This document shows positions 30,983 through 48,062 of a DNA stretch of 64,000 nucleotides, piece by piece. Below the pieces are notes generated by a model that was not told the DNA's origin, did not search any database, and saw only the letters and a program-made list of their open reading frames with translations. The stretch comes from the human T2T-CHM13v2.0 reference genome, Homo sapiens. Both the position numbers and the translations under genes were made by a program. Numbering within the stretch: position 1 is the first letter of the stretch; the number at the start of each line of letters is the position of its first letter. The DNA lies in assembly GCF_009914755.1 (NCBI RefSeq), contig NC_060937.1. One strand, written 5' to 3'.

Positions 30983-31129
30983 TTTTGTTTGTTTGTTTGT
31001 TTCTGGGGTTTTAAATTTTATTTAATTTATTTAATGTATTTTATTTTATTTTTTCTTTATTATTATACTTTAAGTTTTAGGGTACATGTGCACAACGTGC
31101 AGGTTTGTTACATATGTATACATGTGCCA
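30983..31129 (-). mobile_element. Mini L1PA (about 70 bp of 3' terminus plus composite tail) with 17-bp TSD
   Basis: ATACTTTAAGTTTTAGGGTACATGTGCACAACGTGCAGG; TGTGCC(C/T)GACTTATTTC at 30966-30982 and 31130-31146. Confidence 0.9.
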
Positions 31130-32711
31130 TGTGCCTGACTTATTTCAACTAACATAATGACCTCCAGTTTCATCCATGTGCTGCAAGTTACAAGTTTTCA
31201 TTCTTTTTTATAGCTGAATGGTATTCCATTGCGTACACACACCACAATTTCTTTATCTGTTCATCTGGTGATGGACACTTAGATTGATCCATATCTTGGC
31301 TATTGTAAATAATTCTGCAATAAACATGGTGGTGCACATACCCCTTTGATATATTGGTTTCCTTTCCTTTGGATAAATACCCAGTAATGGTACTGTTAGA
31401 TTGTATGGTAGTTCTATTTTTAGTTCTTTGAGAAAACTCTATAAAGGCTGTAATAATTTACATTCCCACCAAAAGTTTATTAGAGTTCCCTTTTCTCTGC
31501 ATCCTCACCAGCATTTGTTTTTTTTTTTCTGTCTTTTTGATAATAGCCATTCTAACTAGAGTAAAATGCTATCTTACTGTTATTTTGATTTGCATTTCCC
31601 TGATTAGTAATGTTGAGCTTTTATATCCTATAGTCTTTTGGCCATTTCTATGACATCTTTTGAGAAATAGGTATTCAGATCCTTTGCTCACTTTTTAATG
31701 GGATTATTTAATTTTTTGTTGTTTGAGTTCCTTGTATATTCTGGATGTTAATCCCTTATTATTATAGATAGATAGTTGCAAATGTCTTTTTCAACTTAAC
31801 AGGCTGTCTCTTCACTATGTCAGTTGTTCCCTCTGTGAAGAAGTTTTTGAGTTTAATGTAATCTCATTTGTCTATTTTTGTTTTTGTTGCCTATGCTTTT
31901 GAAATTTTAGTCATAAAATCTTTCTTTAGACTAATGTTCTGAAGCACTTCCCCTATGTTTTCTTCTAGTACTTCTATAGCTTTAAGTCTTCCATTTATGT
32001 ATTTAATTCATTTAGGATTGATCTTTGTATATGGTGAAAGCTAGTCTACTATTATTTTTATGTATATAGATATCCAGTTTTCCTGGTACCGTTTTTTGAA
32101 GAGGGTATCCTTTCCCTCTAGGTATGTTCTTGGCATTTTCATTGAAATTCAGTTGACTGTAAATATGTGGACTTACGACTGGGTTCTCTGTTCCATTCCA
32201 TTGGTCTGTGTGTCTGTTTTATACCAAATCTGTGTTGTTTTTGTAACTACAACTTGGTAGTATACCTTGAAGTAAGGTAGTATAATGCCTCCAGCTTTGT
32301 TCCTTTTGCTCAAAATTGCTTTGGCTACTTGGAATCTGGCAATTCCATATGCATTTGGAGATTTTTTTTTTCTATGAAGAACATCATTGACATTTTTATA
32401 GAATTGCATTGAGTCTGTAGGTTGCTTTTGGTAGTGTTGCCATTTTAACAATATTTAGTTATTTCAGTCCATGAGTATAAGGTATCTTTCCATTTATTTG
32501 TATCCTCTTCCATTTCTTTCACCAGTGTTTTATAGTTTTCATTGTAGTGGTCTTTTACTTCCTTGGTTAAATATATTTCTAGGTATTTTTCTGTAGCTAC
32601 TGTAAGTGGAATTAATGTCTTGATTTCTCTTTCAGCTAGCTCATTACTGATTTTTGTATGCTCTTTTTTTATTTTGCAACTTTACTAAATTTGTTTATCA
32701 GTTCTATCAGA

Positions 32712-33018
32712 TTTTTTGGCTTTTTGTTTGTTTTTGACAGGGTCTCACTCTGTCACCTAGACTGGAGTGCAGTGGTGTGATATTGGTCTGCAGCAACCTC
32801 CGCCTCCTGGACTCAAATGACCCTCTCACCTCAGCCTCCTGAGTAGCTGGGACTACAAGCACCCTCCACCATGCCCAGCAGCTAATTTTCATATTTTTAG
32901 TAGAGACAGGGTTTCACCATGTTGCCCAGGCTGGTCTCAAACTCCAGGGCTCAAGTGAACCATGCGCCTCAGCCTCCCAAAGTGCTGGGATTACAGGCCT
33001 GAGCCACTGTGCCAAGCC
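32712..33018 (-). mobile_element. AluJ (Jb-like)
   Basis: GACAGGGTCTCACTCTGTCACC...GTTGCCCAGGCTGGTCTCAAACTCCAGGGCTCAAGTG. Confidence 0.92.
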
Positions 33019-34514
33019 TCTAAAAGTTCTCAGTGGACTATTCATGTTTTCCTGTATATAAGATCATGGCATATGCAAAGAGGGACAATCTGACTTTCTC
33101 TTAGTCAATTTAGATATCTTGTGTTTCATTCTCTTGCCTGATTGCTTTGCCTAGGACTTCCAATATTACCTTGAATAAGAGTGATGAAAGTGGACATTGT
33201 TGTAATGTTCCAACAAAGAAGGACACAACAAAAAAATAAACTACAGACCAGTAGACATGATGAACATAGATGCAAAACTCCTCCACAAAATATTAGCAAA
33301 CCAAATTCAACAAATATAAAAGATAATAAATCATGATTAATTGAGGTTTATCCTATGGATGCAAGGATGGTTCAACATATACAAATCAATAAATGTAATA
33401 CAACATGCAAACAGAATAAATTTGAATATCTCAATAGATGCAGAAAAAAAATTGAGAAATCTCAGCATCCTTTCATGATAAAAACTCAACAAATTGGGCA
33501 TAAAAGGAATATACTTCAACATAATAAAGGTCACATATGACAAGCTCATAGCTACTATTATACTAAATGGCTAAAAGCCTTTCCTCTAAAAACTGCAACA
33601 AGATGAAGAAATTAATATTTATAGAAACACAGTTTCTGGTACAAAGGTCTTGTGGACAGAAAGTATTCAGTGTTTTCTGAGGTAACTGTAATAAAATAAC
33701 TATTTCCTGAATTGTAGAAAATTACCAAAGAATGTGCTGAAACGTAAAGAATACTTTGCAATAGATTTTTGGAAAAAGAAAGCCAAAATATGTAGGTTGT
33801 TATTAAAAAGCAGATGTTTTAGATCAAATGGCATATTTGTAAACTGGAAAATTAAACTTTTCATAATCTACTTTTTATGGTAATATATTATAAAAACGTA
33901 ATTCCTATAAAATGTGGCAAAGAATATTTCAAATTTCTTTATTCTCTAGTATTTATATCAGATATTTTGTGGGTGAAGGCAAACTAGAAGCAAAGCAAGT
34001 TTATAACAGCTTAGTAACAGTATAAAGGTCATGAGACACAGCACAATAATTTACTGATACTTAGTGGGACAAAAAATACGCTTCACAAGATTCACTTATA
34101 TTATTTTCATTGTCTTACTGCTATTTTCATCAATCTTCTTCTTATTAAAGTTCCTAAGGCTGAACAAATGAAGAAACAGAAATCACTAATAAGACAACTT
34201 CGTCTTTAGAAAAGAGGAGAAATTCCCTCAGGAAATACTTAGATTTTATGTTATGCTATATTATTTCTGACTTAGTTTTATATAAATAGGCCAAATGATG
34301 CAATAGATAAATATTTGAAGCTTTAGTTTTGCTTTGAACTCAAATCATAATAACAATCATTTATAAGACATGAAATATCTTTTTCATAAATAAAATGTTT
34401 GTATAAGATTTTTTTCCTGACTTTAACAGCCCTATAAAAGTGTTAAAAAGAACACTTTTTTAAAAGAGTTTAGTAATTGTTTAAATCTTTTCTTTTTTTA
34501 ATATTGAGATTTGG

Positions 34515-35571
34515 GGAGTTCCATTCCAAGATGGCCGAATAGGAACAGCTCTGTTCTGCAACTCCCAGGGTGATCTACGCAGAAGATGGGTGATTTTTGC
34601 TTTTCCAACTGAGGTACCTGGTTCGTTTCATTGGGACTGGGTGGACAGTGGGTGCAGTCCACGGAGGGTAAGCCGAAGCAGGGCAGGGTGTTGCCTCACC
34701 CAGGAAGCAGAAGGGGTTGGGGGATTTCCCTTTCCTAGCCAAGGGAAGCCATGACAGACTGTACCTGGAAAATCGGGACACTTCTGCCCAAATACTGCAC
34801 TTTTCCCACAGTCTTAGAAAGCAGCAGAACAGGAGATTCTCTCCCATGCCTGGCTCTGCAGTTCCCACACCCATGGAGCCTTGCTAACTGATAGTGCAGC
34901 AATCTGAGATTGACCTGCAAGGCTGCAGCCTGGTGGGGGGAGGAGTGTCTGCCATTACTGAGACTTGAGTAGGTAAACAACATGGCCAGGAAGCTCAAAC
35001 TGGGTGGAGCCCACCGCAGCTCAGCAAGGCATACTGCTTCCATAGACTCCACCTCTGTGGGCAGGGCATAGCTGAATGAAAGGCAGCAGAAACTTCTGCA
35101 GACTTTAACGTCCTTGTCTGACAGCTCTGAAGAGAGCAGTTGTTCTCCCAGCACGGTGTTCGAACTCTGAGAATGGACAGACTGCCTCCTCAAATGGGTC
35201 CCTGACCTCCGTGTAGCCTAACTGGGACACACTTCCCAGTAGGGGTAGGCAGACACCTCATATGGGTGGATGCCCCTCTGGGACGAAGCTTCCAGAGGAA
35301 GGATCAGGTAGAAATATTTGCTGTTCTGTAATATTTGCTGTTCTGCAATATTTGCTATTCTGCAGCCTCTGCTGGTGACACCCAGGAAAACAGGGTCTGG
35401 AGTGGGTCTCCAGCAAACTCCAACAGAGCTGCAGCTGGGGGACCTGACTGTTAGAAGGAAAACTAACAAACAGAAAGGAATACCATCAACATCAACAAAA
35501 GGGACATCCACACCAAAACCTCATCTCTAGGTCACCAACATCAAAGACCAAAGGTAGATAAAACCACAAAG
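34515..35571 (+). promoter_or_regulatory. L1 5' UTR internal Pol II promoter (YY1 site at 34527-34537) and antisense promoter region
   Basis: CAAGATGGCCG is intact; position upstream of the ORF1 ATG; many CpGs have decayed to TG/CA. Confidence 0.7.
34575..34955 (-). pseudogene. L1 ORF0 homolog with one in-frame TAG
   Basis: MADTPPPTRLQPCRSISDCCTIS*QGS is in frame with MGVGTAEPGMGENLLFCCFLRLWEKCSIWAEVSRFSR and resembles the recalled L1HS ORF0p. Confidence 0.7.
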
Positions 35572-36594
35572 ATGGGGAGAAACCAGAGCAGAAAAGCTGA
35601 AAATTTTAAACACCAGAGTGCCTCTTTCTTCAAAGGATCATAGCTCCTCACCAGCAAAGGAACAAAGCTGGATGGAGAATGACTTTGATGAGTTGACAGA
35701 AGTAGACTTCAGAAAGTTGGTATAACAAACGTCCAAGCTAAAGGAAGATGTTCGAACCCATCGCAAGAAAGCTAAAAACCTTGAAAAAAGATTAGATGAA
35801 TGGCTAACTAGAATAAACAGTGTAGAGAAGACCTTAAATGACCGGATGGAGCTGAAAACCATGGTACGAGAACTACATGACTCATGCACAAGCTTCAGTA
35901 GCTGATTTGATCAAGTGGAAGAAAGGGTATCAGTGATTGAAGATCAAATGAATGAAATGAAGTGAGAAGAGAAGTTTAGAGAAAAGAAACAGTAAAAAGA
36001 AATGAACAAAGCCTCCAAGAAATATGGAACTATGCTAAAAGACCAAATGTACGTTGGATTGGTGTATCTGAAAGTGATGGGGAGGATAGAACCAAGCTGG
36101 AAAACACTCTTCAGTATATTATCCAGGAGAACTTCCCCAATCTAGCAAGGCAGGCCAACATTCAGATTCAGAAAATACAGAGAACACCACAAAGATACTC
36201 CTCGAGAAGAGCAACCCCAAGAAACATAATTGTCAGATTCACCAAGGTTGAAAGGAAGGAAAAAATATTAAGGGCAGCCAGAGAGAAAGGTCAGGTTACC
36301 CACAAAGGGAAGCCCATCAGACTAACAGCAGATCTCTTGGCAGAAACTCTACAAGCCAGAAGAGAGTGGGGGCCAATATTCAACATTCTCAAAGAAAAGA
36401 ATTTTCAACCCAGAATTACATATCCCCCCAAACTAAGCTTCATAAGTGAAGGAGAAATAACATCCCTTACAGACAAGCAAATGCTGAGAGATTTTGTCAC
36501 CACCAGGCCTGCCCTACAGGAGCTCCTGAAGGAAGCACTAAACATGGAAAGGAAAAACCAGTACCAGCCACTGCAAAAACATGCCAAATTGTAA
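35572..36594 (+). pseudogene. L1 ORF1p (RNA-binding chaperone), disrupted
   Basis: ATGGGGAGAAACCAGAGCAG start; C-terminal ORF 36337-36594 (ETLQARREWGPIF...QKHAKL); internal stops. Confidence 0.9.
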
Positions 36595-36657
36595 AGACCA
36601 CTGATGCTAGGAAGAAACCACATCAACTAACAGGAAAAACAACCAGCTAACATTGTA

Positions 36658-40437
<3,780 letters not shown>

Positions 40438-42192
40438 ACAATGAGAACACTTGGACACAGGGAAGGGAAGATCACACACTGGGGCCTGTCAGGGCGTGGG
40501 GGCCTGGAGGAGGGATAACATTAGGAGAAATACCTAATGTAAATGATGAGTTGATGGGTGCAGCAAACCAACATGGCACATGTATACATATGTAACAAAC
40601 CTGCATGGTGTGCACATATACCCTAGAACTTAAAGTATGAAAAAATTGAGATTTGGTATCAGTGTACAAGACACATACAAATAAATTCTCATTTTAAAAA
40701 GCTATTCTTCCCATGTCAATATAGATTGTTCTTTGTGGGGTAGACTTTTAAACATTTTTATATTCAAATTCTTTTCCTTTCATCTTTTCCATTCACTTAG
40801 CTACTTTAAATATTACTGACTGTTATAGGGACTAATTAAAAGTAAATATCAGAATGTTTAGTCTAAATGTGTCTCTGAATTAAAATCACAGTTAATTTAT
40901 ACAGTCATCTATAATCTATCATAAAATCACATTTTAAAAACTCCTACAGTCATTATTTGGAGTTATAACATTTTTCTTAATAAAAATTTGAAGGTATTAT
41001 AAATATAATTTAACTATAGCAAAAGATTCTGTTCACATATTGAATACATTATAAAAACCTTAAAGAATCAATTTAAAATTCTTCCTCTTCCTAGTTAAAT
41101 AAAATACCATGCTTCAATACTCAAAAATGAATGTTCACAGGGCCAGTAACTCAACATGACACTTTATCTGTACCTGGCTGCACCCCACATTTGCCTCCTC
41201 TAAACCATGTTTAGTGTCGGCTAAATTGAAAGCAACAAGTCATGGAGGTAGAGATTAAATTCGATATCTCAGAATTCAGGTTGGACGATGAAATTTCGAT
41301 TTACCTAAATGTATATAGTTCTGGAGTTTCATAAGTATCCAGTTAAGGCAAACTTTTAAATTGTATAAGACCATAGTAACCATAGAGGGAAAAAGGTAAA
41401 CCGTTAATGAGAAGAAATAACCTTCCATATATACACCAAATATGAGCACTACACATAAAAATTGAAGAAGGGGCATTTCGGTGGTTTTCCTAAAAGCACA
41501 GTGATTACAATGTTAATTTGCCAAATACTAGAAAAAATAGGATTAGATAATAAAAACAGTATACTCCTTAATAAGGAATGTGATAATGCACAAATAACCT
41601 GAGTGAAAAAGTAAGCCCTGGTAGATAGACAACTTAAAAGACAGCATAGCATAGTCTTGAGAAAGTTAAATTTGGAGCTTGCACTGATTCATACGAAATT
41701 TTCTTAAAGTGTCAGACTACAGTTACTACATGAATAACTGTTGAAAAAAATTGTAGATTTTAGTGATGATATAGATTTTAAATGAGCCTGTTGCTCTGAA
41801 TATAACAAATGTAGCAAAGTTGATTTAGTGACTGAATGACAGTAATGCTTCTTTATCACAGTGCTGTTTGTTGACTCAAATTAGAGAAAATGTATTTAGA
41901 GTGCTTCCAGTGGTTAGCATTTATTTAAAGATTATGACTTTAATCTATAAATGAAAGATGGGTGATACTGAAACAGACTTAAAATACACCTACATATTGT
42001 ATTTCTTTAAGAAAGAAAGTCCGAATGTAATTTTATGCATAGTTGACTATTAATAAGCTTGTTAATAATTTTCTACATTTTAACATCAATATTTGTCAAG
42101 ATAAATTATCATTCAGGAACAAATAAACCTCCATCTGTCAGCGATTTCATACAACAGGGTTTATACTGACTTATTAAAAGTCCAATGGGGTA

Positions 42193-42486
<294 letters not shown>

Positions 42487-42689
42487 AAAAGTCCAGTGGG
42501 ACATCCAGGCTATTTTTTCATTCAGTGATTCAGGGAACTGGGCTGGGAGGAGTGCAGAGTATATGGATATTTTGTGAGTTCTAAATATCTCTAGAATATA
42601 ATCATATTTTGAAAGCCCACGTTTCAAAGAGAATTTTTTTGATTGCTAATCTGGAAGCTTAAGTATAGATGCATTGATGTATGTATCTT

Positions 42690-42900
42690 GTCAGTGAGTG
42701 CTATTGAGTGTTGACTGTGTTTTAGACACTGGCAAGGCACATAAAATGCTGAGCAAAACGCACATTTTACTTGTTCTAAGAAAGCTTACAGAATAGGGTA
42801 TGCTTTTGGGGGAGAGAATATAAGCAAACAATCAAAGAATCCCACAAAAATATAATTTCAAATTGTGATAAATCTTATTTAATAGCAATGAGGCTCTGTG
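42690..42900 (-). mobile_element. L2 3' fragment
   Basis: TATTGAGTGTTGACTGTGTTTTAGACACTG...AAAGCTTACAG resembles the antisense L2 terminus. Confidence 0.55.
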
Positions 42901-43669
42901 TAAACATGCAGTGGTGCTTCTATTCTGACATGTAAAAAACAACTACGAAAATGTGCATTTATCTAAAAGCTCAAGAATGAGTGGGAGATGTGTGTTACCA
43001 TGAAGGACCAGAAAGTCTTGAGAAAAGTGTGAGTAGAACCCTTTGAAGGTTAACTGAATAAATCTCAGCTTATCAAGTGCATTGTAGTCCATCTGAAAGA
43101 TGGTATATTTGAAAAGCAATAGACAGTATTCCAATTTTATATGTATATATATATATATATGCACACATAGGTGTGTTTGGTTTTGATCACTCTGCCTCCA
43201 GTGAAATTAATTGTGCTTAAAGTTAAGGGGCAAGTGTTGAGTTCAGGAGAGAAACTGACAATAGATTGGATAAGGCTGTTGGCAGTAGGAAATGGAGTTT
43301 TGGTTTCAATCGAAAAGAGGAAAACATCAAAGAAAAAAAACCAGAAAGGCTACATCTAGTTGTAGATATTTCATTTGTCATCATATATCTTAGTAGGATA
43401 CCTGGCAATAAAGGGATGCATGGAGTTACTAAGAAACAGGGAAGTATGTATGTATGTGGAGGGGGCAATGTATAATCTGAAATTAATTCTCTCCGTTCCT
43501 GACAATAGGACAATTAAAGAAGTAAATAGCTCTCAACTTTGTTTTTTTTAAGCATCTGTGATTCACTAACATAGGCAGCTTTATGGTTTCATTTGGTAAT
43601 TTCTCTGGTTTTCTGCTAAAGTAATTATCAATTTAAGTTTACAATTTCTGCATTTTTTATCTGTGCTAA

Positions 43670-44225
43670 TGTAGAAGACTGCAGAAATGGCCTCCATCTT
43701 CACTCACCCACTAACAAGCTCCAGTATCCATATCCTTTGCAATGAGTCTTTATAGCTGTTCACATCAATGATGCATTCTCTTTCTTACCACTTGAATCCG
43801 GTGTGGGCTTTTAACTTGTTTTACATAATAGACAATTAGGAAATCATGTACCAGTTCTGAGACTCCTGATTAGAAGGTGTTGCATGATTCCATTCTCTCT
43901 CTCTTGCTCTTCTGCTTTCATTCTGAGACCAAAGCCTGGAGGTCATGCCCAAGGAGATACATTAAGAAGAACCAAGTCAGTCTAGTATTTATTTCTAGCT
44001 GGGGCTCCAGACATGTGAAGGAGCCACTGAAGATCAGCAAAGCTGAGTAACTGTTGGGAAGCTGACCACAGCTGCATGGATGGGCTCCAGTGAGCCAAGC
44101 TCAGCCAGCAGAATAACCCACCAAATACACAGACTTTTGAATAAAAATAGCTGTCTATCATTGCATCCCATGAAAGTCTTGTGATTGTTAAATATGCAAC
44201 ATTGTTGTGATTATAGATAATTGAG
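43670..44225 (+). mobile_element. MLT1H/G-like MaLR solo LTR
   Basis: CAGAAATGGCCTCCA...CCTTTGCAATG...CCAGACATGTGAAGGAGCC...GTGATTGTTAAATATGCAACATTGTTGTG. Confidence 0.7.
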
Positions 44226-44239
44226 AAGGTAACGATTCT

Positions 44240-45070
44240 TGTATGAGTCAGGGTTCTCCAGAGAAACAAAACAGTTATCTATTTCTTTTAAATAAATAAC
44301 TGAATATGTAAATGGATGGATGGATAAAGATAGATAGATAGATAGATAGACAGATGATACATAAACAGAAAGTTAGATGATAGATGGATAAATAGATAAT
44401 ACATAGATGATACATAGATGATAGATAGATGATAGATGATACATAGATGATACATAGGTAGATGATACATAGAAAGTTAGATGATAGATAGATAAATAGA
44501 TAATACATAGATGATACATAGACAGATGATAGATAGATGATAGATGATACATAGATGATAAATAGATAGATAGATAGATAAAGGGAGATTCAATACGAGA
44601 ATCAGCTCACATGATTTTGGAGGCTGAGAAATCCCACAGTATGTTTTCTGAAATCTGGAGAAGTAGAAAAGCCAGTGGTGTAATTCAATCTTAGTCCAAA
44701 GTTTTGAGAAGCAAGGGAGCTGATAATATAACTGAGGCTGAAGGTCTGACAATAGGGCTGGGGGTACAGGGGGGCATAAGGGTAAGTTCCGTGGTCTGAA
44801 GGTCTGAGAATGTGGAGCTCCCATATCCAAGAGCAGGAGACATATGTTCCAGCTCCAGAAGAGAGAGCAAATTCACCTTTCCTTCATCTTTTTATTCTGT
44901 TCAGGCCCCCAGAAGATTGGACGATGACTGCCTGCATTGGTGAGCAATCTTACTGTCTATTGACTTAAATTCTAATCTTCTGGAAGCGCTCTCACAGACA
45001 GAAATAACGTTTTACCAACTATCTAGGTATGATTTAACACAGTTACACCAACATAAAATTAACCATAACA
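44240..45070 (-). mobile_element. MLT2B-like ERVL solo LTR containing an expanded GATA tract
   Basis: TGTATGAGTCAGGGTTCTCCAGAGAAACA...GGAGGCTGAGAAATCCCAC...CATAAAATTAACCATAACA. Confidence 0.82.
44310..44581. repeat. Complex (GATA)/(GATGATACATA) STR with a 104-bp higher-order duplication
   Basis: AGAAAGTTAGATGATAGAT at 44367 and 44471. Confidence 0.9.
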
Positions 45071-45206
45071 ATTCCTTAAAATTAAGATATTTATGAACAT
45101 ATTAGGCCTTTAATGGCAAGGTCTATGTTATGTACTGCTATTTTTATTCCCCAAAACAAAGATTAGAATGCTGGGTAGAGAACAGAGTATCAAATCACGT
45201 GATTGA

Positions 45207-45552
<346 letters not shown>

Positions 45553-45768
45553 CAAATTTCCCCTACATTTTAAGGATTACAATTATTTACTCAATATTCT
45601 AGGCTTTCTGTTATAGTGGCTAGAATAGGCCTCTGAAAATGTTTACTGGAAGAATAAACTAACGAATGCAGACTTACTTATAGTGCCTGCATTATATTTA
45701 ATTGTGTGTCAGTGTATTCTCTAATTTCCCAATTGAAATAAATAACCAAAATAATAAGTGTTGATATG

Positions 45769-46180
45769 TGTTACTGACTGAATTGTGCCCTCTTCCCAAA
45801 TTCACATGTTCATGTCTTAATCCTCATGTGACAGCATTTATAGATAGGGCTTTCGGGAGGTAATAAAGGTTAAATGAAGTCAAAAGGGTGGGATCCTAAT
45901 ATGAAAGGATTGGTGCCTCATAAGAAGAGGATGAAAGAGAGAGTTTTCTCACTCTCTCGTCCCATGTACAGGCACCAAAGAAAGTCCATATAAGAACAAA
46001 GCTAGAAGGAGGCTGTCTGCAAGCCAGGAAGAGAGCCCTCACCAGAAACCAAACCATGTCAGAACTTTGATCTTGGACTTTTCAGCCTCCAAAAAAAAAA
46101 ACTATGAGAAAATAAATTTATGCTGTTTAAATCACTCAATCTATAGTATTTCATTATGGCAATCTGAGAAGACTAAGGCA
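45769..46180 (+). mobile_element. MLT1A/MLT1B-like MaLR solo LTR
   Basis: TGTTACTGACTGAATTGTGCCC...AGAGCCCTCACCAGAAACC...TGATCTTGGACTT...GACTAAGGCA. Confidence 0.8.
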
Positions 46181-47379
46181 CTGTCAAGAGAACAAAAACA
46201 GAAAATATATATTGGACTGAAAGAATTACACTGATGATAATATGATGTAAAAAGCTGAAGTTTAGCAGCAAGAAATGTATGAATGGGAGCAAAATGTGTC
46301 CAGTAAAAAGAAACCAGATTTTTTTTCTATTCTTTTTTTCTTTTAAACTGATTTTGAAAACAGAAATCTTAAAATATAGAGCTTTATTTATGTGTTTTCT
46401 CTAAGTGACTGTCTGGACACTGCCTTCAGAATTGTAATGGCCCCATGATCAGATCTTACTTAGGCCTACTTGAGAGAGCAGTATAGACATAGCCTGCTAG
46501 AGAGAAAATGAACTGTTTAAAACATGGAAGAATAAACACAAACATTTTGGTCTCTTCATGCTGCTGCCGGCTTTCTCTCTTAACTATGTTTTGAGTCAAA
46601 CTTATTTATTCTGTTCTTTTTTTCTTCATTTATATTATTCTTTTTTCTTGCGTGTGTATGAGTCCTTCTAATCAGAATTCTGCTCATTGCTCTACAAATA
46701 AGTTTTTACAAATAAGACTCACGTTTATGGACACTGAAAACAACTAGGAAGTTGTGTGGCACAAGACAATTATTCGACATATAATGGTCTCAACTCCCTT
46801 CTCAAATATTTGTGGTTTATATCTTTAAAAAATTAGTATTCTATGACATAGTCCATACCTATTTAACAGAAAAAAATGAACAAACAAAATTAACTTATGG
46901 AGCTGTAAATATAGAAATATTCTTAGATATTGACTTAGAGCCAACATCATTGTGCTCAAACAGCTGTGTGGGCAGAACTAAATACTATGTGAGTTAGAGC
47001 CCCAAGAGTAAGTAAGGAGAGAAATAATGCGAAACGTGTTCCTATGTTAAGGTCATATCAGCCTACTAATACGTAACATTTAGATGGGAGTAATATTATC
47101 CTGAAAAACATTAATACCTATTAATTTGATTGAATATAGAGTATTAGAACTAAAAATTATTAATCTTTTGGTGTATATAGTGTATGTTCCCAAAATAGTG
47201 CTTGTATTCAATACAAACTTTTTTTGGTTTAGATTTGTTTTATTTTCAAAAATATGGGTTTATATTTAAAGATTTTAATGTAAGTTTTTCCACTTAAAAT
47301 ACACCAGAGACACACTCTCAATCAACACATATTAGATATACATTAATCTATCATCTTTTAATAGTTTTTAGTTTTATAA

Positions 47380-48055
47380 AAAAGAATTTAATGTATATTC
47401 AACCATTGTTTAACTTGAATATCAATATTGTTACCAGATTTTTTTCTATTAATTGTAGGTCATGCCTGTATCTCTCAATTGTTGGTATGTTTATATTAGT
47501 AAAATATTTCACAGAAGAAAAATCCTGGTTCTGAAAGCACCTATATTTTAAATTTTAATAAATACTACCAGATTACTTTCTAAAATGTTATAATTTACAT
47601 TCTTGCCAAAAGGGTGTAAGAATATCTACTCCTGTATACCTTTCAGTGCAAAGATGACAAATTATATTTCATTGCAGGTTTAATTTGCTTCCTGATTTCT
47701 AGTAATGTTAAATGTCTTATAATATGTTTATTGCCCTTTTGCATTTTCTATGCTGTAAATTATTCATTCATATTATTTACCATTTTTCTATTAAGTTGTT
47801 TTACTTATGAATTTATAGGAGCTATTTGCGTTAAGTTAAAAAGGTATTTTGTATTGCTCTGTCATATACATTAATGATATTTTCTTCCTGTGGTCTATCA
47901 TTTATATTTTGAAATTATGTACAGTGTTTTTTGTTTGTTTGTTTACCACATGAACACTTATATTTTAATTTAATTGTTTATTTTATTTTATTTCTTCATA
48001 TATATTTGGTTATATGTCCTCCTTACCAGGAAAGGTAATCTAGTGTTCATTAATT
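47380..48055 (-). mobile_element. Diverged L1ME-type fragment
   Basis: ATAATTTACATTCTTGCCAAAAGGGTGTAAGAAT...TAATTTGCTTCCTGATTTCTAGTAATGTTAA antisense ORF2 C-terminal motifs. Confidence 0.6.
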
Positions 48056-48062
48056 TTTACTA

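Larger units (their letters stand above)
30575..33603 (-). mobile_element. L1MA-type element, 5'-truncated with inverted 5' segment (plus strand about 33212-33603), interrupted by a mini-L1PA and an AluJ
   Basis: L1MA 3' end on the minus strand from 30575; antisense ORF2 runs to TGTTCCA (33212); then sense ORF2 (GGACACAACAAAAAAATAAACTACAGACC...AAAACTGCAACAAGA). Confidence 0.82.

Noticed and set aside
41100-41700. Unique stretch with a few CpGs and two short minus-strand ORFs
   Set aside because: No recognisable protein motif, CpG island or splice structure
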